Counted from the first letter of the stretch, positions 1-10,033 are shown. The stretch: 64,000 nucleotides of DNA from an uncultured bacterium (GCA_963719425.1 OY970382.1:742477-806476); one strand, 5' to 3'. Numbers and translations: made by a program. Notes: a model not told the origin generated them from the sequence alone.

Positions 1-731
1 GCGACCACAAGGTAGTACGTCTCAAATCCACCGATACCGTCATCTTCTCCTCGTCGGTCGTGCCGGGAAACGAGCGGAGCGTGCAGGCGCTGCAGGACAA
101 CATTGCGCGGCAGGTGGACGAACTTTACAACGTAAAGATCCTGGACATCCACGCCTCGGGCCACGCGCATCAGGAGGACCTAAAGTTCGTGCTCCGGCTC
201 ATGAAACCGAAGTTTACTGTCCCGATTCACGGGTATTACTTTTTCCGTTCGGCGCTCAAAAAAATCGCGGTGGAAGTAGGCCTCCCCCGCGAAACGGTCA
301 AGATGATGGATAACGGGCAAGTGGCGGAAATTACAAAAGACACGTTTACGATAACCAAGCAGACCGTGCCCGCGTCGTATGTGATGGTGGACGGCTTGGG
401 CGTCGGCGACGTGGAAGAAGTGGTGCTCCGCGACCGGCGCGCGCTTTCTCAGGAAGGCATGGTTGTCATTATCCTCACTGTTGATCAAACCAAGGGGCGG
501 CTTCTCAAAAACCCTGACATCATCTCGCGCGGTTTTATCTATCTCAAGGAACATCAGGAGCTTCTGGAAGAAATTCGCAAACGCATCCGCGCGCTCATTA
601 CGCGCCTTCCCAGTTACCGCGAAGTGGAACCCGATTATCTAAAGACGCTCATCCGCGACCAAGTCGGACAGTTCCTCTATAACAAAACGCGGCGCCGGCC
701 GATGATCCTGCCCGTCATCATTGAGGTGTAG
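1..731 (+). CDS. rnj: Ribonuclease J, C-terminal part (5' end lies outside the window)
   Basis: The frame is open from nt 3. DTVIFSSSVVPGNE and SGHAHQEDLKFVLRLMKPKFTVPIHG match the RNase J beta-CASP/C-terminal region. Confidence 0.75.
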   Translation, partial: DHKVVRLKSTDTVIFSSSVVPGNERSVQALQDNIARQVDELYNVKILDIHASGHAHQEDLKFVLRLMKPKFTVPIHGYYFFRSALKKIAVEVGLPRETVKMMDNGQVAEITKDTFTITKQTVPASYVMVDGLGVGDVEEVVLRDRRALSQEGMVVIILTVDQTKGRLLKNPDIISRGFIYLKEHQELLEEIRKRIRALITRLPSYREVEPDYLKTLIRDQVGQFLYNKTRRRPMILPVIIEV

Positions 732-753
732 CTTTTTATGCTATTATCAGAAT

Positions 754-1740
754 ATGAAGCCAGTCCTCTTCTCTGGCGTGCAGCCAACCGGCCGATTGCA
801 TATCGGCAATTACCTGGGCGCGCTCAAAAATTTTGCTGACCTGCAGGACTCGGAGAAATACGAATGTTATTTCTGCATCGTAGATCTCCATTCCATCACC
901 GAAACGTTTGAACCAAAGGAAAAGCGCGAGCAGGTTATGAATCTGGCCGCCGATTTCATAGCGACAGGCATTGACCCAAAGAGATCGGTTCTCTTTCTCC
1001 AATCAAAAGTTTCCGCGCACGCCGAACTCGCATGGCTCCTCGATACTGTGACGTCCATGGGAGAGTTGGAACGCATGACCCAGTTCAAAGACAAATCACT
1101 CCGGCAATCGGCGAACATAAACGCGGGCCTCTTCAATTACCCCGTCCTCATGGCGGCCGATATCCTGCTTTACGACACGCAGGTGGTTCCCGTGGGCGAC
1201 GACCAACTGCAACACCTGGAACTCGCGCGCACGCTTGCGCGGAAGTTCAACGCCCGCTTCGGCAACACCTTCATAAAACCAAAAAGTTTGCTTACCAAAA
1301 CCTCGCGCGTGATGAGCTTGAAAGATCCGGAGAAAAAAATGTCCAAATCGGAGCCGGAGGGATGCTTGTTTTTGGATGATTCGCCCACGGAAATCGCAAA
1401 AAAGATCGCACATGCGGTCACGGATTCCGGCTCCGCGGTAACCTACGAACCGCACAAAAAACCCGGCCTTGCAAATCTTTTGGATATCTACGCGGCGCTT
1501 TCGCACGCGGAGCCACCGATAATCGCGAAGGAGTTCACAGGTGAAAATTATGCAACGCTCAAAAAGCGGCTTGCGGAACTCGTGGTGGACCATTTCGCGG
1601 AGTTCCGCGCTCAAAAAAAAGCGTTGCTCGCAAAGCCGTCGGCACTAAAAGACGTCCTTGAAGGAGGCTCGGCGCGCGCGGCGCGCGTTGCGGAAAAGAA
1701 AATAAAAGAAGTAAAAGAGAAGATGGGCCTTGCGCTCTAA
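754..1740 (+). CDS. trpS: Tryptophanyl-tRNA synthetase
   Basis: MKPVLFSGVQPTGRLHIGNYLGA carries the HIGH motif and KMSKS is present. The ORF-track start at 721 is TTG; the ATG at 754 gives the canonical TrpRS N-terminus. Confidence 0.9.
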   Translation: MKPVLFSGVQPTGRLHIGNYLGALKNFADLQDSEKYECYFCIVDLHSITETFEPKEKREQVMNLAADFIATGIDPKRSVLFLQSKVSAHAELAWLLDTVTSMGELERMTQFKDKSLRQSANINAGLFNYPVLMAADILLYDTQVVPVGDDQLQHLELARTLARKFNARFGNTFIKPKSLLTKTSRVMSLKDPEKKMSKSEPEGCLFLDDSPTEIAKKIAHAVTDSGSAVTYEPHKKPGLANLLDIYAALSHAEPPIIAKEFTGENYATLKKRLAELVVDHFAEFRAQKKALLAKPSALKDVLEGGSARAARVAEKKIKEVKEKMGLAL

Positions 1741-1812
1741 TAACGAAAAGCAACATTAAAAAATTATTAAAGAACCTTTGACAGAACGGTTGCCACGACT
1801 ACACTGGAAAGG

Positions 1813-2127
1813 ATGGAAAGGGAAATTACTATCCAAGACCTTGTCACGTCCATTAAAGATCTTACCCACGCTGTATGGGACGGATTCGGTCTGGTGGATA
1901 AACGCTTTAGCGACGTTGAGCAACAACTCGAACGGCGATTTAACGCCGTAGATAACCGATTTTACGCGCTTGAAGCACGCGTTGACCAGATCAGTTTTAG
2001 CATCTCCCAAATACAAGACGATATGAAGGCGCTCAATGAAGAAATGCGCGGCATTCATAAAGTGATTGACAACCTGAATACTCGCCTTGTTCGCGCAGAG
2101 GGCGCGCTTGGCCTCGAGCGTGCCTAA
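1813..2127 (+). CDS. Hypothetical small coiled-coil protein
   Basis: 104-aa ORF between trpS and ileS. No recognisable motif. Confidence 0.35.
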   Translation: MEREITIQDLVTSIKDLTHAVWDGFGLVDKRFSDVEQQLERRFNAVDNRFYALEARVDQISFSISQIQDDMKALNEEMRGIHKVIDNLNTRLVRAEGALGLERA

Positions 2128-5100
2128 ACCTTCCGGAGTGCGACCCAGATTTCTTGATTTTCCAATTTCGCCATTTCCTCCGCGCTGAATTTTTCCGATC
2201 TTCCGTATTCAACCGATTTCGCGTTGACGGCGGAGCGGAGCGCTACTTCTTGCTTCATAATTGCATCCCGAGCGGCCGGAGGGAGATCAAGCATCAGCGC
2301 AATCTTATCCTTCGGCGCGAGTCCTGCTTTTTGCCGCAGTTCCTGAACCATCCGCGCGACTTCGCGCAGGATTCCCTCTTCGCGGAGCTCCGGTGTGATC
2401 GCAGTGTCAAGTTCAACTTCGCTTTCAATCGTCGGATCAAATATCACTTCCTTCACGTTTACCTCATCAGCCAAAACGCCACGCAAATCTTCTGCCACCG
2501 ATATCTTCAGGGTCGCATCTTTTATTGTGAGTTTACTGAGTGGCTGGCGGACCTTGATGCCGGCCTCCGCACGTTTCGCAAGCGCCAAGCTCGCCAAGCG
2601 CCTCACTTCCGCCATAGCATCGGTCAATTTTTTCCTCTCCACTCCGTCGAAAGAAACCTCTGGAATCGGCCACCCGGCGAGATGCACCGACTCAGCAGTT
2701 TCCTTGCTGCCGCTATACAGCTTCAATGTTCGGTACAGTTCTTCGGCAAGAAACGGCATGAACGGCGCTATGACCTTACTTACCGCAAGGAGACTTTCGT
2801 AAAGGGACCGATAAAAAGCGGCATCCTTCCGCTTGCGGCTGCGGCGGAGATACCACGTGGAAAGGTCATCAATATATTCCTGGATCGTCCGCGTCGCACG
2901 CACGGTATCATATGCCGAAAGACATCCGGTCACTTTTTCCACAAGCTCCGCCGTCCGGGCGTCAATCCATTGGTCAAGAACGTTCACCCCGGGGAGCTCG
3001 CTGCGTTTTTCGGACGCAAGCATCTTCGGATCAACATACGTCGTGAAGAACTTGCATACGTTCCACAGAATGACAACCACTTTCCGATAAACGTTCTCCA
3101 CAGCCTTCTCGGAAAAATTGATGTCGTCGGCCTGCATCACGACGGAATTCATGAGATAGAATCGCAAACTGTCCGCCCCGTATTTCCCGATCACGAGCTT
3201 GGGGTCCGGGAAGTTCCCTTTTGATTTGCTCATCTTTGAACCATCTTCCGCAAGGATATTCCCGGTCGTGACCACGTTTTCAAAGGGCGCCTTCCCGAAG
3301 AGGACGATGGCAATCACGTGCATCACGTAGAACCATGCCCGCGTCTGTGCGGTGTATTCCGCCACGAACTGTGAAGGGAACCGGCTCTCAAAAACTTTTT
3401 TGTTTTCAAAGGGATAATGATATTCGGCGAAGGGCATAGAACCCGCTTCCATCCAGGAATCAAAAATTTCCGGCGTCCGTTTCATCACGCCGCCACATGC
3501 GGGGCACGCGAACGTTATGCCATCAATGTACGGCCGGTGGAGATCTGCTTCTCCCCCGTCATTCCGCGGCACGATCTTGAAATCGAGCTTCCGTATCTCC
3601 GCAAAGCCGATAAAGTCGCCCTCCCGTTTTTTCTTTTCTTCAATCGCGCGCTCTTCGCTCCACCCCTCGGCCGCATGCACGAGCATCCAGCTCGGATACT
3701 CATGCGTCACGAGGAGAATATTTTTCCCTTTGTAAGTCGCTTCGCACTCGGCAAGGAAATTCCACACGCGGGCGCGGAGATCGCGCAGCGATTCGCCTTC
3801 CTCCGGCCGCTTTTCAAACCGGGCCTCGTACGTCGGGAAAAGCCCGAAATATTTTTTATCCTGGTAACCGGTGAGCGTTGGCCCCAGATGGATCTCCTCC
3901 AACCGCCCGTCAAACCGCACTTTTTCTCCCGTGAGCGCCGACGCAATAATGGCTTCGGTTTCCGCGGTGCGCGTGACATCCGAGGAAATTACCACATCCA
4001 ATTTCTCGCCGCGCTTCGCAAGCTCGGATTTGAAACGTTTGATCGCGTCCTTAACCTGTTTTTGACCGCGCGGCGTAAGATGCAAATACTTCCTTTGCCC
4101 CGAATCAACGATGTGGAACATATTGCTCTCCGCCTCCCCATGGCGCATCACCCAATAATTATTTTTTGCACTACCGGCGAGCTTTGACAACTCTTCCAAG
4201 CTGCCGACCGCCTCCTCGCGACAGCATCCGTCGCACTTCCAGACGGGGATTGGATTTCCCCAATAACGGTTGCGGGAAATATTCCAGTCCGGCGCCGCCT
4301 CCACGCTTTTTTCGTAGCGCCCGTGCTTGAGATACGCCGGAAACCAATTGATTTCGCGCCTATTGGAATCCAAAAGTTGCGGCTTTAATTTCTCCACGTT
4401 GATGAACCACGCCGGGATCGCATTGTAGAAAAGTATGTTGCCGCAACGCCAGCAATACGGATACGAGTGTGTATGTGCCTCGCGTTTGAACAACAATCCG
4501 CGATTTTGCAAGTCGTCTTTAATGATTTTTTCAGAATCTTTGAAGTATGTGCCGCGCACGAGTGGCGGCGCTTTCTCGTTAAAGATCCCCTTTTCGTCAA
4601 GCAGCGGCACAACAGGCAACCCCACGCGCACGCCGAGTTCGTAGTCCTCCTCGCCGTAGACGACCGCCGTATGCACCACGCCCGTCCCCTCTTCGGTCGT
4701 CACAAAATCCGCCGGGTAGACCTTAAAAGCCTTGTCGTTCCACGCCGCAGGAACGTCAAAAAGCGGTTCGTACTCTATACCGATTGCTTCGCGCGCCGAG
4801 AATTCGTCGAATTCCCGTTCCGGCAAGGACTCTTTTTTAGGAAGAACATCTTCTCCAGACAAGCGCTTGTAACTTTCCTTCTCCAAAACCAACCAGTGGT
4901 CTTTTTGATCAGGATCGGGCAAGCACACCAACGTATGCTCCGGGTTGACCGCTAACGCGACGTTGCCAGGTAATGTCCATGGAGTCGTGGTCCAAGAAAG
5001 AAAAGAGGTGTTCTGCCACGCAGGATTATCACTCTTCGCCTTAAATTTCACCATTACCGATTCCTCCGTCACGTCGCGGTAACTGTTATCCATCGCCACT

Positions 5101-5687
5101 TCAAAATTTGAAATCGGTGTCTCGCAGCGCGGGCAATACAAAAGCACTTTCCGCCCCTCATAGACCAATCCTTTTTTATAAATTTCCTTGAACGCCCACC
5201 ACACCGATTCCATGTAACTCGCGTCCATCGTTTTATAGGAATCGTCAAATTCCACCCAGCGCGCGATGCGGCGGATCATTTTTCTCCATTCCGCGACGTA
5301 TTCCAGAACCATGCTCCGGCAGGTCTCGTTGAATTTTTTGATGCCGATCGCCTCTATCTGTTTCTTTCCCGAGATGCCGAGCTTGCGCTCCACGATCTCC
5401 TCAATGGGAAGCCCGTGGCAATCCCACCCCCAGCGGCGGCGGACAAACCGCCCGCGCATCGTCTGATAGCGCAGTACCACGTCTTTAATCGTGGACGCCA
5501 AAATGTGCCCGTAATGCGGGAGGCCCGTCGCAAACGGCGGCCCATCGTAGAATGTAAATGGTTTTCCGTCCTTGGTTTTTTCTAAACTTTTTTCAAAGAT
5601 ATGATGGGCGTCCCAAAACTCAAGCGTTTTCTCTTCGCGTTTCGGCAATGAGGAATTATCATTGGAGGAATTCCGTTTCTGCGCCAT
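2124..5687 (-). CDS. ileS: Isoleucyl-tRNA synthetase with an inserted histidine-phosphatase (PGM-like) domain
   Basis: 1187 aa. HYGHILASTIKD (HIGH) and KMSKSKGN are present. The CxxC ... CPAC zinc knuckle is split by a ~195-aa insert carrying RHGEAESN and SSDVTRTAETEA motifs. Confidence 0.9.
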   Translation of the reverse strand: MAQKRNSSNDNSSLPKREEKTLEFWDAHHIFEKSLEKTKDGKPFTFYDGPPFATGLPHYGHILASTIKDVVLRYQTMRGRFVRRRWGWDCHGLPIEEIVERKLGISGKKQIEAIGIKKFNETCRSMVLEYVAEWRKMIRRIARWVEFDDSYKTMDASYMESVWWAFKEIYKKGLVYEGRKVLLYCPRCETPISNFEVAMDNSYRDVTEESVMVKFKAKSDNPAWQNTSFLSWTTTPWTLPGNVALAVNPEHTLVCLPDPDQKDHWLVLEKESYKRLSGEDVLPKKESLPEREFDEFSAREAIGIEYEPLFDVPAAWNDKAFKVYPADFVTTEEGTGVVHTAVVYGEEDYELGVRVGLPVVPLLDEKGIFNEKAPPLVRGTYFKDSEKIIKDDLQNRGLLFKREAHTHSYPYCWRCGNILFYNAIPAWFINVEKLKPQLLDSNRREINWFPAYLKHGRYEKSVEAAPDWNISRNRYWGNPIPVWKCDGCCREEAVGSLEELSKLAGSAKNNYWVMRHGEAESNMFHIVDSGQRKYLHLTPRGQKQVKDAIKRFKSELAKRGEKLDVVISSDVTRTAETEAIIASALTGEKVRFDGRLEEIHLGPTLTGYQDKKYFGLFPTYEARFEKRPEEGESLRDLRARVWNFLAECEATYKGKNILLVTHEYPSWMLVHAAEGWSEERAIEEKKKREGDFIGFAEIRKLDFKIVPRNDGGEADLHRPYIDGITFACPACGGVMKRTPEIFDSWMEAGSMPFAEYHYPFENKKVFESRFPSQFVAEYTAQTRAWFYVMHVIAIVLFGKAPFENVVTTGNILAEDGSKMSKSKGNFPDPKLVIGKYGADSLRFYLMNSVVMQADDINFSEKAVENVYRKVVVILWNVCKFFTTYVDPKMLASEKRSELPGVNVLDQWIDARTAELVEKVTGCLSAYDTVRATRTIQEYIDDLSTWYLRRSRKRKDAAFYRSLYESLLAVSKVIAPFMPFLAEELYRTLKLYSGSKETAESVHLAGWPIPEVSFDGVERKKLTDAMAEVRRLASLALAKRAEAGIKVRQPLSKLTIKDATLKISVAEDLRGVLADEVNVKEVIFDPTIESEVELDTAITPELREEGILREVARMVQELRQKAGLAPKDKIALMLDLPPAARDAIMKQEVALRSAVNAKSVEYGRSEKFSAEEMAKLENQEIWVALRKV

Positions 5688-5750
5688 CGTTCTCTTAAAA
5701 TACCAGATTTTATGAGGATTTCAAAGGGGTCCGGCCGCATCGCCGCGGTG

Positions 5751-7463
5751 TTATATTTTTTCCGGCGCCCGAATGCCCAAAAGATCGAGGGATAATTTTA
5801 AAGCGTCGGCGGCAACTTTCACAAGAACGAGCCGCGCATCGCGTCGCTCCTTATTTTCATCCTTTAAGATCGGCGTTGTTTCGTAGAATTTGTTTGCCGC
5901 AACGGCAAGTTTATACACATAAGCAACAAGTCCGCTCGGGGCATTGAGTTCGCCCGCCCGAAGGACGGCGCCGGGAAACTCAATGAGCTTGCGGATAAGC
6001 GCGAGTTCCGCCTCGGTATCCAAAAATTCAGAGTGGAATTCCGCGCCGCGTATTTTCCCCGAAAGGTCAATTGACGATTTTCGCAAGATGCTTCGGAGGC
6101 GGGCGTGCGCATACTGTACGTACGGCCCCGAATCGCCCTCAAACGAAAGCGACTTGTCAAAATCAAACACAATGTCTTGCCCGGGGCTTTGTTTCAGAAT
6201 TGAATATTTGACCGCGCCCACGGCGATGTTCTCGGCCACCTCTTCGCGCTCTCTTTCGTCCAAATCGCTCTTCTCACTGATCCGTTCCCGCAGTTTTGCC
6301 TTGACCTGGTCAAGCATTGACTCGGCAGTGATCACGTCGCCGGTGCGCGACGACATCTTGCCGCTCGGAAGGCGCAGCATGCCGTGCGCCACGTGGCGGG
6401 TTTTTGCCGCGATGTCGGGAAAGATAAGCTCCATGGCCTTCAAAAGCACTTTAAAGTAATCAACAATCTCGTTGCCGGTCACGATGACGGAAATGTCCAG
6501 CGGGTACCGCTCAAATTTTTTCTTGTTCAGGCCGAGTTCTTTCGCTTCGTACGTCGGCAGCCCTTTTGAATTCACGAATACCCGCGTGTGCAGGCCATAT
6601 TTCTCTCCCGGGAATATGACGGCGCCCTCGCTCTCTATAAAGATGTCTCTGTGAGCCGCGACAACCGCCATCCCTTCCTTCGCCATCTCCCCTTCAAAAA
6701 AATAATCATTGAACTTCGTGCCAAGGCGGGCATAGACCGTTTCAAAATACGCCAAACTCCACTTCCGGCCTTCGTCGTAAAGCTTGTTTATTGCGGGATC
6801 CGTCCGCGAATATATCTTTTCGTTTATTCCGATAATGGCTTCCTTCGCGTCCGGCTCGCCCTCATACGCCTTCGCGCCACGCGCATACGCCTTGCCAAGA
6901 AATTCCATTTTATTCTCCGCGCTGCCCGTTTCGTCCTGCATTTTTTGCATGCCCCATATCGCCTTTGCAACATGGAGGCCGACGTCGCCCTGGTAATTCG
7001 CGCGGATCGCCTTCGCGCCGAGTGCCTCATACAGGCGTGCGAACGATTCCCCGATCGTGTTGCTCATAAGATGCCCGATATGGAAAAGCTTGAAGGGATT
7101 CGGGTCAGTGAATTCAACCATCACCGTTTTGCCCTTCATGCTACCGCTCATTCCGAACCGCTCGTCGCCCGCGATCTTTTTGATTTCTCCCTGCACCGTT
7201 TTTTTGCTCAACCAAAAATTGATGAAGCCCGGCGGCGCCGCTTCCACTTTTTCAAAAAATCCCACGGGCGCAGCCTTAGCCACCGCCGCCGCAAGCCGCT
7301 CCGCGCGCGCAAGCGGCTTTTCGCTCTGTTCCACCGCACCGCCGAGCCGCATTGCCACGTTCGTTGAATAATGCCCGAAAGTTTCCTGCTCCGGAACGAA
7401 AACCTCAATCGTCGCTGGTCCGCCGATCATACTTTTAACGATTTTAGCTATCTTATCTTTCAT
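5751..7463 (-). CDS. argS: Arginyl-tRNA synthetase
   Basis: 570 aa. HIGHLMSNTIGESFARL HIGH motif and ArgRS-like C-terminal anticodon-binding region. Confidence 0.9.
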   Translation of the reverse strand: MKDKIAKIVKSMIGGPATIEVFVPEQETFGHYSTNVAMRLGGAVEQSEKPLARAERLAAAVAKAAPVGFFEKVEAAPPGFINFWLSKKTVQGEIKKIAGDERFGMSGSMKGKTVMVEFTDPNPFKLFHIGHLMSNTIGESFARLYEALGAKAIRANYQGDVGLHVAKAIWGMQKMQDETGSAENKMEFLGKAYARGAKAYEGEPDAKEAIIGINEKIYSRTDPAINKLYDEGRKWSLAYFETVYARLGTKFNDYFFEGEMAKEGMAVVAAHRDIFIESEGAVIFPGEKYGLHTRVFVNSKGLPTYEAKELGLNKKKFERYPLDISVIVTGNEIVDYFKVLLKAMELIFPDIAAKTRHVAHGMLRLPSGKMSSRTGDVITAESMLDQVKAKLRERISEKSDLDEREREEVAENIAVGAVKYSILKQSPGQDIVFDFDKSLSFEGDSGPYVQYAHARLRSILRKSSIDLSGKIRGAEFHSEFLDTEAELALIRKLIEFPGAVLRAGELNAPSGLVAYVYKLAVAANKFYETTPILKDENKERRDARLVLVKVAADALKLSLDLLGIRAPEKI

Positions 7464-7647
7464 AGTTGACTACTTTGCGCAATGTCAGATAATGAGGGCG
7501 GACGACGAGCTGCCCTTTTTTCCTAGGGGCAAAGGTCCAAAGGGCAACGCCTTCCCTACCTACCAAGCTCGCCGTCCCTTTTCCATTATTTTGGGCCAAA
7601 AAGCACCGAAATACAATGCGTAGCCAAAGCGGGATTATAATAAAACT

Positions 7648-8085
7648 ATGGAAACTATCGCTGAAAACCGCAGGGCGCGGTTTGACTATGAAATTTCTGA
7701 CACCTATGAGGCGGGCGTTTCTTTGCTCGGCCACGAAGTGAAGAGTGCAAAAAGCGGCCGCTTCCAGATAGCGGGAGCGCGGGTTTTGATCCGCAACGGC
7801 GAGGCATGGCTTGTCAACTCCCACATCCCGCCCTATCAGCCGAAGAACACCCCTTCGGGCTACGAAGAGGACCGCTCGCGGAAACTTTTGCTGACAAAAG
7901 AGGAAATAAAACAACTGACTGGCGCACTTCAGGAAAAAGGGCAGATGCTCGTCCCACTCCGCGCCTTTCTGAAGCGCGGATTCATAAAATTGGAGCTCGG
8001 ACTCGGCCGCGCAAAGAAGAAATCCGACAAGCGCGAGGCGCTCAAAAAGCGCGCCCACGAGCGCGAGATGCGCGGCACCGAATAA
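7648..8085 (+). CDS. smpB: SsrA-binding protein SmpB
   Basis: 145 aa. RFDYEI...GHEVKS...LLL KEE is an SmpB signature, with a basic C-terminal tail. Confidence 0.9.
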   Translation: METIAENRRARFDYEISDTYEAGVSLLGHEVKSAKSGRFQIAGARVLIRNGEAWLVNSHIPPYQPKNTPSGYEEDRSRKLLLTKEEIKQLTGALQEKGQMLVPLRAFLKRGFIKLELGLGRAKKKSDKREALKKRAHEREMRGTE

Positions 8086-8145
8086 CTGAGCCGAATAGCC
8101 GAGCCGAATAGAAGCGCAGGCAGCCGCGGCGCCCCGCAACGCCCG

Positions 8146-8721
8146 CTAAAAAATCTTCACTCCAAACTTTGCGAGCTCATGCACGATCTCGTAGAGCGGC
8201 AATCCCATAATGCCGAAGAAGTCGCCTTCCACTTTCCGCACGAACGCCGCGCCGCGTCCCTGCACGGCGTATGCCCCTGCCTTATCCAAGGGCTCGCTTG
8301 TTCTTACGTATGCATTAATCTCGCGATCGCCAAGTTTCTTGAAGTAAACTTTGCTCGCACTCACGCGCGACACTCGCTTTCCCGTTTTAGTATCAATAAT
8401 AGTAAAGCCGGTAAGCACCGAATGCACCCCGCCGCTCAATAATTTCAGCATCGCTTTTGCCCTCCTCGGCGTGCCGGGTTTTCCCAAAACGCGGTTTTTA
8501 TAAACAATGAAGGTGTCCGCCCCGATAACGACGGCGTTCTTGTGCCGCTGCGCTACCGATTCCGCCTTTTTCAAAGACAGACTCTTCACAAGTTCCCTCG
8601 GCGCGAGTCCTAGGGTCATGTCTTCCTTATGATCGCCCGGGTCCACAATAAACTTCAAACCGATCCTATCCAGAATCTCCATCCTCCTCGAAGAGGACGA
8701 CGCAAGAACAATCTTCCGCAT
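8146..8721 (-). CDS. maf: Maf-like nucleoside triphosphate pyrophosphatase
   Basis: MRKIVLASSSSRRMEIL matches the Maf N-terminus. The ORF-track start at 8760 is GTG; the ATG at 8721 is preferred. Confidence 0.8.
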   Translation of the reverse strand: MRKIVLASSSSRRMEILDRIGLKFIVDPGDHKEDMTLGLAPRELVKSLSLKKAESVAQRHKNAVVIGADTFIVYKNRVLGKPGTPRRAKAMLKLLSGGVHSVLTGFTIIDTKTGKRVSRVSASKVYFKKLGDREINAYVRTSEPLDKAGAYAVQGRGAAFVRKVEGDFFGIMGLPLYEIVHELAKFGVKIF

Positions 8722-9060
8722 GGAGCTGATTATATCACGCAATCGCGCGGTTTTATCCACGTACCATCGTAGTCAAACGGGGGTTAAAATTCTGCCGAAT
8801 TGACAACGCCAAAGAACGAGTCCGGCGCAGCTATAAAACAGCAATTCCACATTTTTACTTCGGAGAGGTTCAATTACTCCTCCCGCTGTGTTTAAGCAGT
8901 CCACAACGTGCCGATTTAGCGCTTGTTGTCGAGAGGCACTCAACCTTTTATCGAGCAACGACGTGCCTGACCCTGGATATGGCGTATACGGATGCACGCC
9001 TGATCGCCAAACCTGATCGAGACTGGTTACAGCCCTAATTGAGGTCTTTGAATTCCGTAA

Positions 9061-9176
9061 GCGCCCTATCATGGAAATGAGTGGTCTTCGTTGGAACTCG
9101 GGGAATATTTGAGGGAATTGCCGAGGCTGATAAATAAGGTACCAGTCGTCATCCCATAGGACGTTCACGACGTGCA
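9061..9176. repeat. Direct repeat copy 1 (~105 bp)
   Basis: Shares a 34/35-nt core gagtggtcttcgttggaactcgg[g/t]gaatatttgag (9069..9103) with copy 2, and about 75% identity over ~105 bp. Confidence 0.7.
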
Positions 9177-9237
9177 TACGTTCATATGGTAGATGTAATG
9201 ATACGCTAGGACTTACTTGCATGGTAAAATTATAAAA

Positions 9238-10002
9238 ATGAAGCTGATTACGCTGAACATCTGGGGTGGCGCCCTCTACGAGCCGCTTGCTGCTTTCATC
9301 AAACACTGGTCTCCCGAGATAGACATATTTTGCTTCCAAGAGGTGCTGTTTGGCTCTACGCCGACATTCACGCCGGTCCACAAAGGCCGCAGTAATATTT
9401 TTTCGGAAATCTCCTCATGGCTCCCTGGCTTTGCTTCCTATCAGCACTTCGCACCCAGCACGCATTTTCAAACGGAGCCCATAGCATTTAGAGCCGGGCA
9501 AGCGATTTTCACAAAATCTTCGCTGGAGATAAGGAGTAACGGCGGATTTCTTTGCTATAAAGGAAAGCCCCCAATCGAAACCACGAAGGGAGGCAAACTG
9601 ACGGGAAACTGCCAATGGATTGATATTGCGGACGGCAACAGCGCCATCACCATCGCGAATTTGCACGGACTGTGGCAAGAGGGCAGCCACAAGGCAGATA
9701 CGCCAGAGCGACTCACTCAATCGCGCATAGTGAAACAATTTCTTGACGGAAGAACGGGAAAGAAAATTCTCTGTGGAGATTTCAATTTATTGCCTGACGG
9801 GCAGAGCATAAAAATCCTTGAGGACGGCATGAAAAACCTGATAAAGGACTATCAAATTCAATCTACGCGCAGTTCGCTTTATAAGAAAGAAATCAAATTT
9901 GCCAATTATATTTTGGTTTCTCCCGAGGTTAAGGTAAAAGATTTTAGGGTTTTGTCAGATGAAGTTTCCGATCATCTCCCGCTCTACTTGGAATTCAATT
10001 GA
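9238..10002 (+). CDS. Endonuclease/exonuclease/phosphatase (EEP) family protein
   Basis: MKLITLNIWGG ... FCFQEV ... SDHLPL motifs. The ORF-track start at 9217 is TTG; the ATG at 9238 is preferred. Confidence 0.75.
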   Translation: MKLITLNIWGGALYEPLAAFIKHWSPEIDIFCFQEVLFGSTPTFTPVHKGRSNIFSEISSWLPGFASYQHFAPSTHFQTEPIAFRAGQAIFTKSSLEIRSNGGFLCYKGKPPIETTKGGKLTGNCQWIDIADGNSAITIANLHGLWQEGSHKADTPERLTQSRIVKQFLDGRTGKKILCGDFNLLPDGQSIKILEDGMKNLIKDYQIQSTRSSLYKKEIKFANYILVSPEVKVKDFRVLSDEVSDHLPLYLEFN

Positions 10003-10033
10003 GGAATGAAATAAAACCATAGTAAGGCTCGGC

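Noticed and set aside
2154-3224. 356-aa plus-strand ORF, plus other long ORFs antisense to ileS, argS, the clpC-like gene and polX
   Set aside because: They lie entirely inside well-supported genes on the opposite strand and have Arg/Pro-rich low-complexity composition typical of antisense frames in GC-rich DNA.
7466-7521. TTGACT-N16-GATAAT promoter-like element followed within 3 nt by a GC hairpin plus T6 tract upstream of smpB (possible attenuator or sRNA)
   Set aside because: The predicted start site would fall inside the hairpin, giving a ~25-nt product. The geometry is incompatible with a functional promoter-terminator pair. More likely the chance -10/-35 hexamers lie within the argS 5' region.
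8088-8111. Tandem duplication gagccgaatag x2 between convergent smpB and maf
   Set aside because: Only two short copies in a 60-nt convergent terminator region. Too small to call a repeat element.
7453-8139. 228-aa minus-strand ORF covering smpB
   Set aside because: Antisense to a clear SmpB gene. No motifs.
8761-9240. Possible tmRNA gene immediately downstream of smpB/maf (the expected smpB-ssrA linkage)
   Set aside because: No tRNA-like 3' module (T-arm plus acceptor plus CCA) and no plausible tag ORF. The only LA-stop candidate is 7 codons preceded by a stop. A much better tmRNA candidate exists at 21062..21377.
8773-9381. 202-aa minus-strand ORF spanning the maf-EEP intergenic region
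   Set aside because: No domain signature, Arg-rich composition, runs through the direct-repeat unit and into the EEP start on the opposite strand. Likely non-coding DNA.
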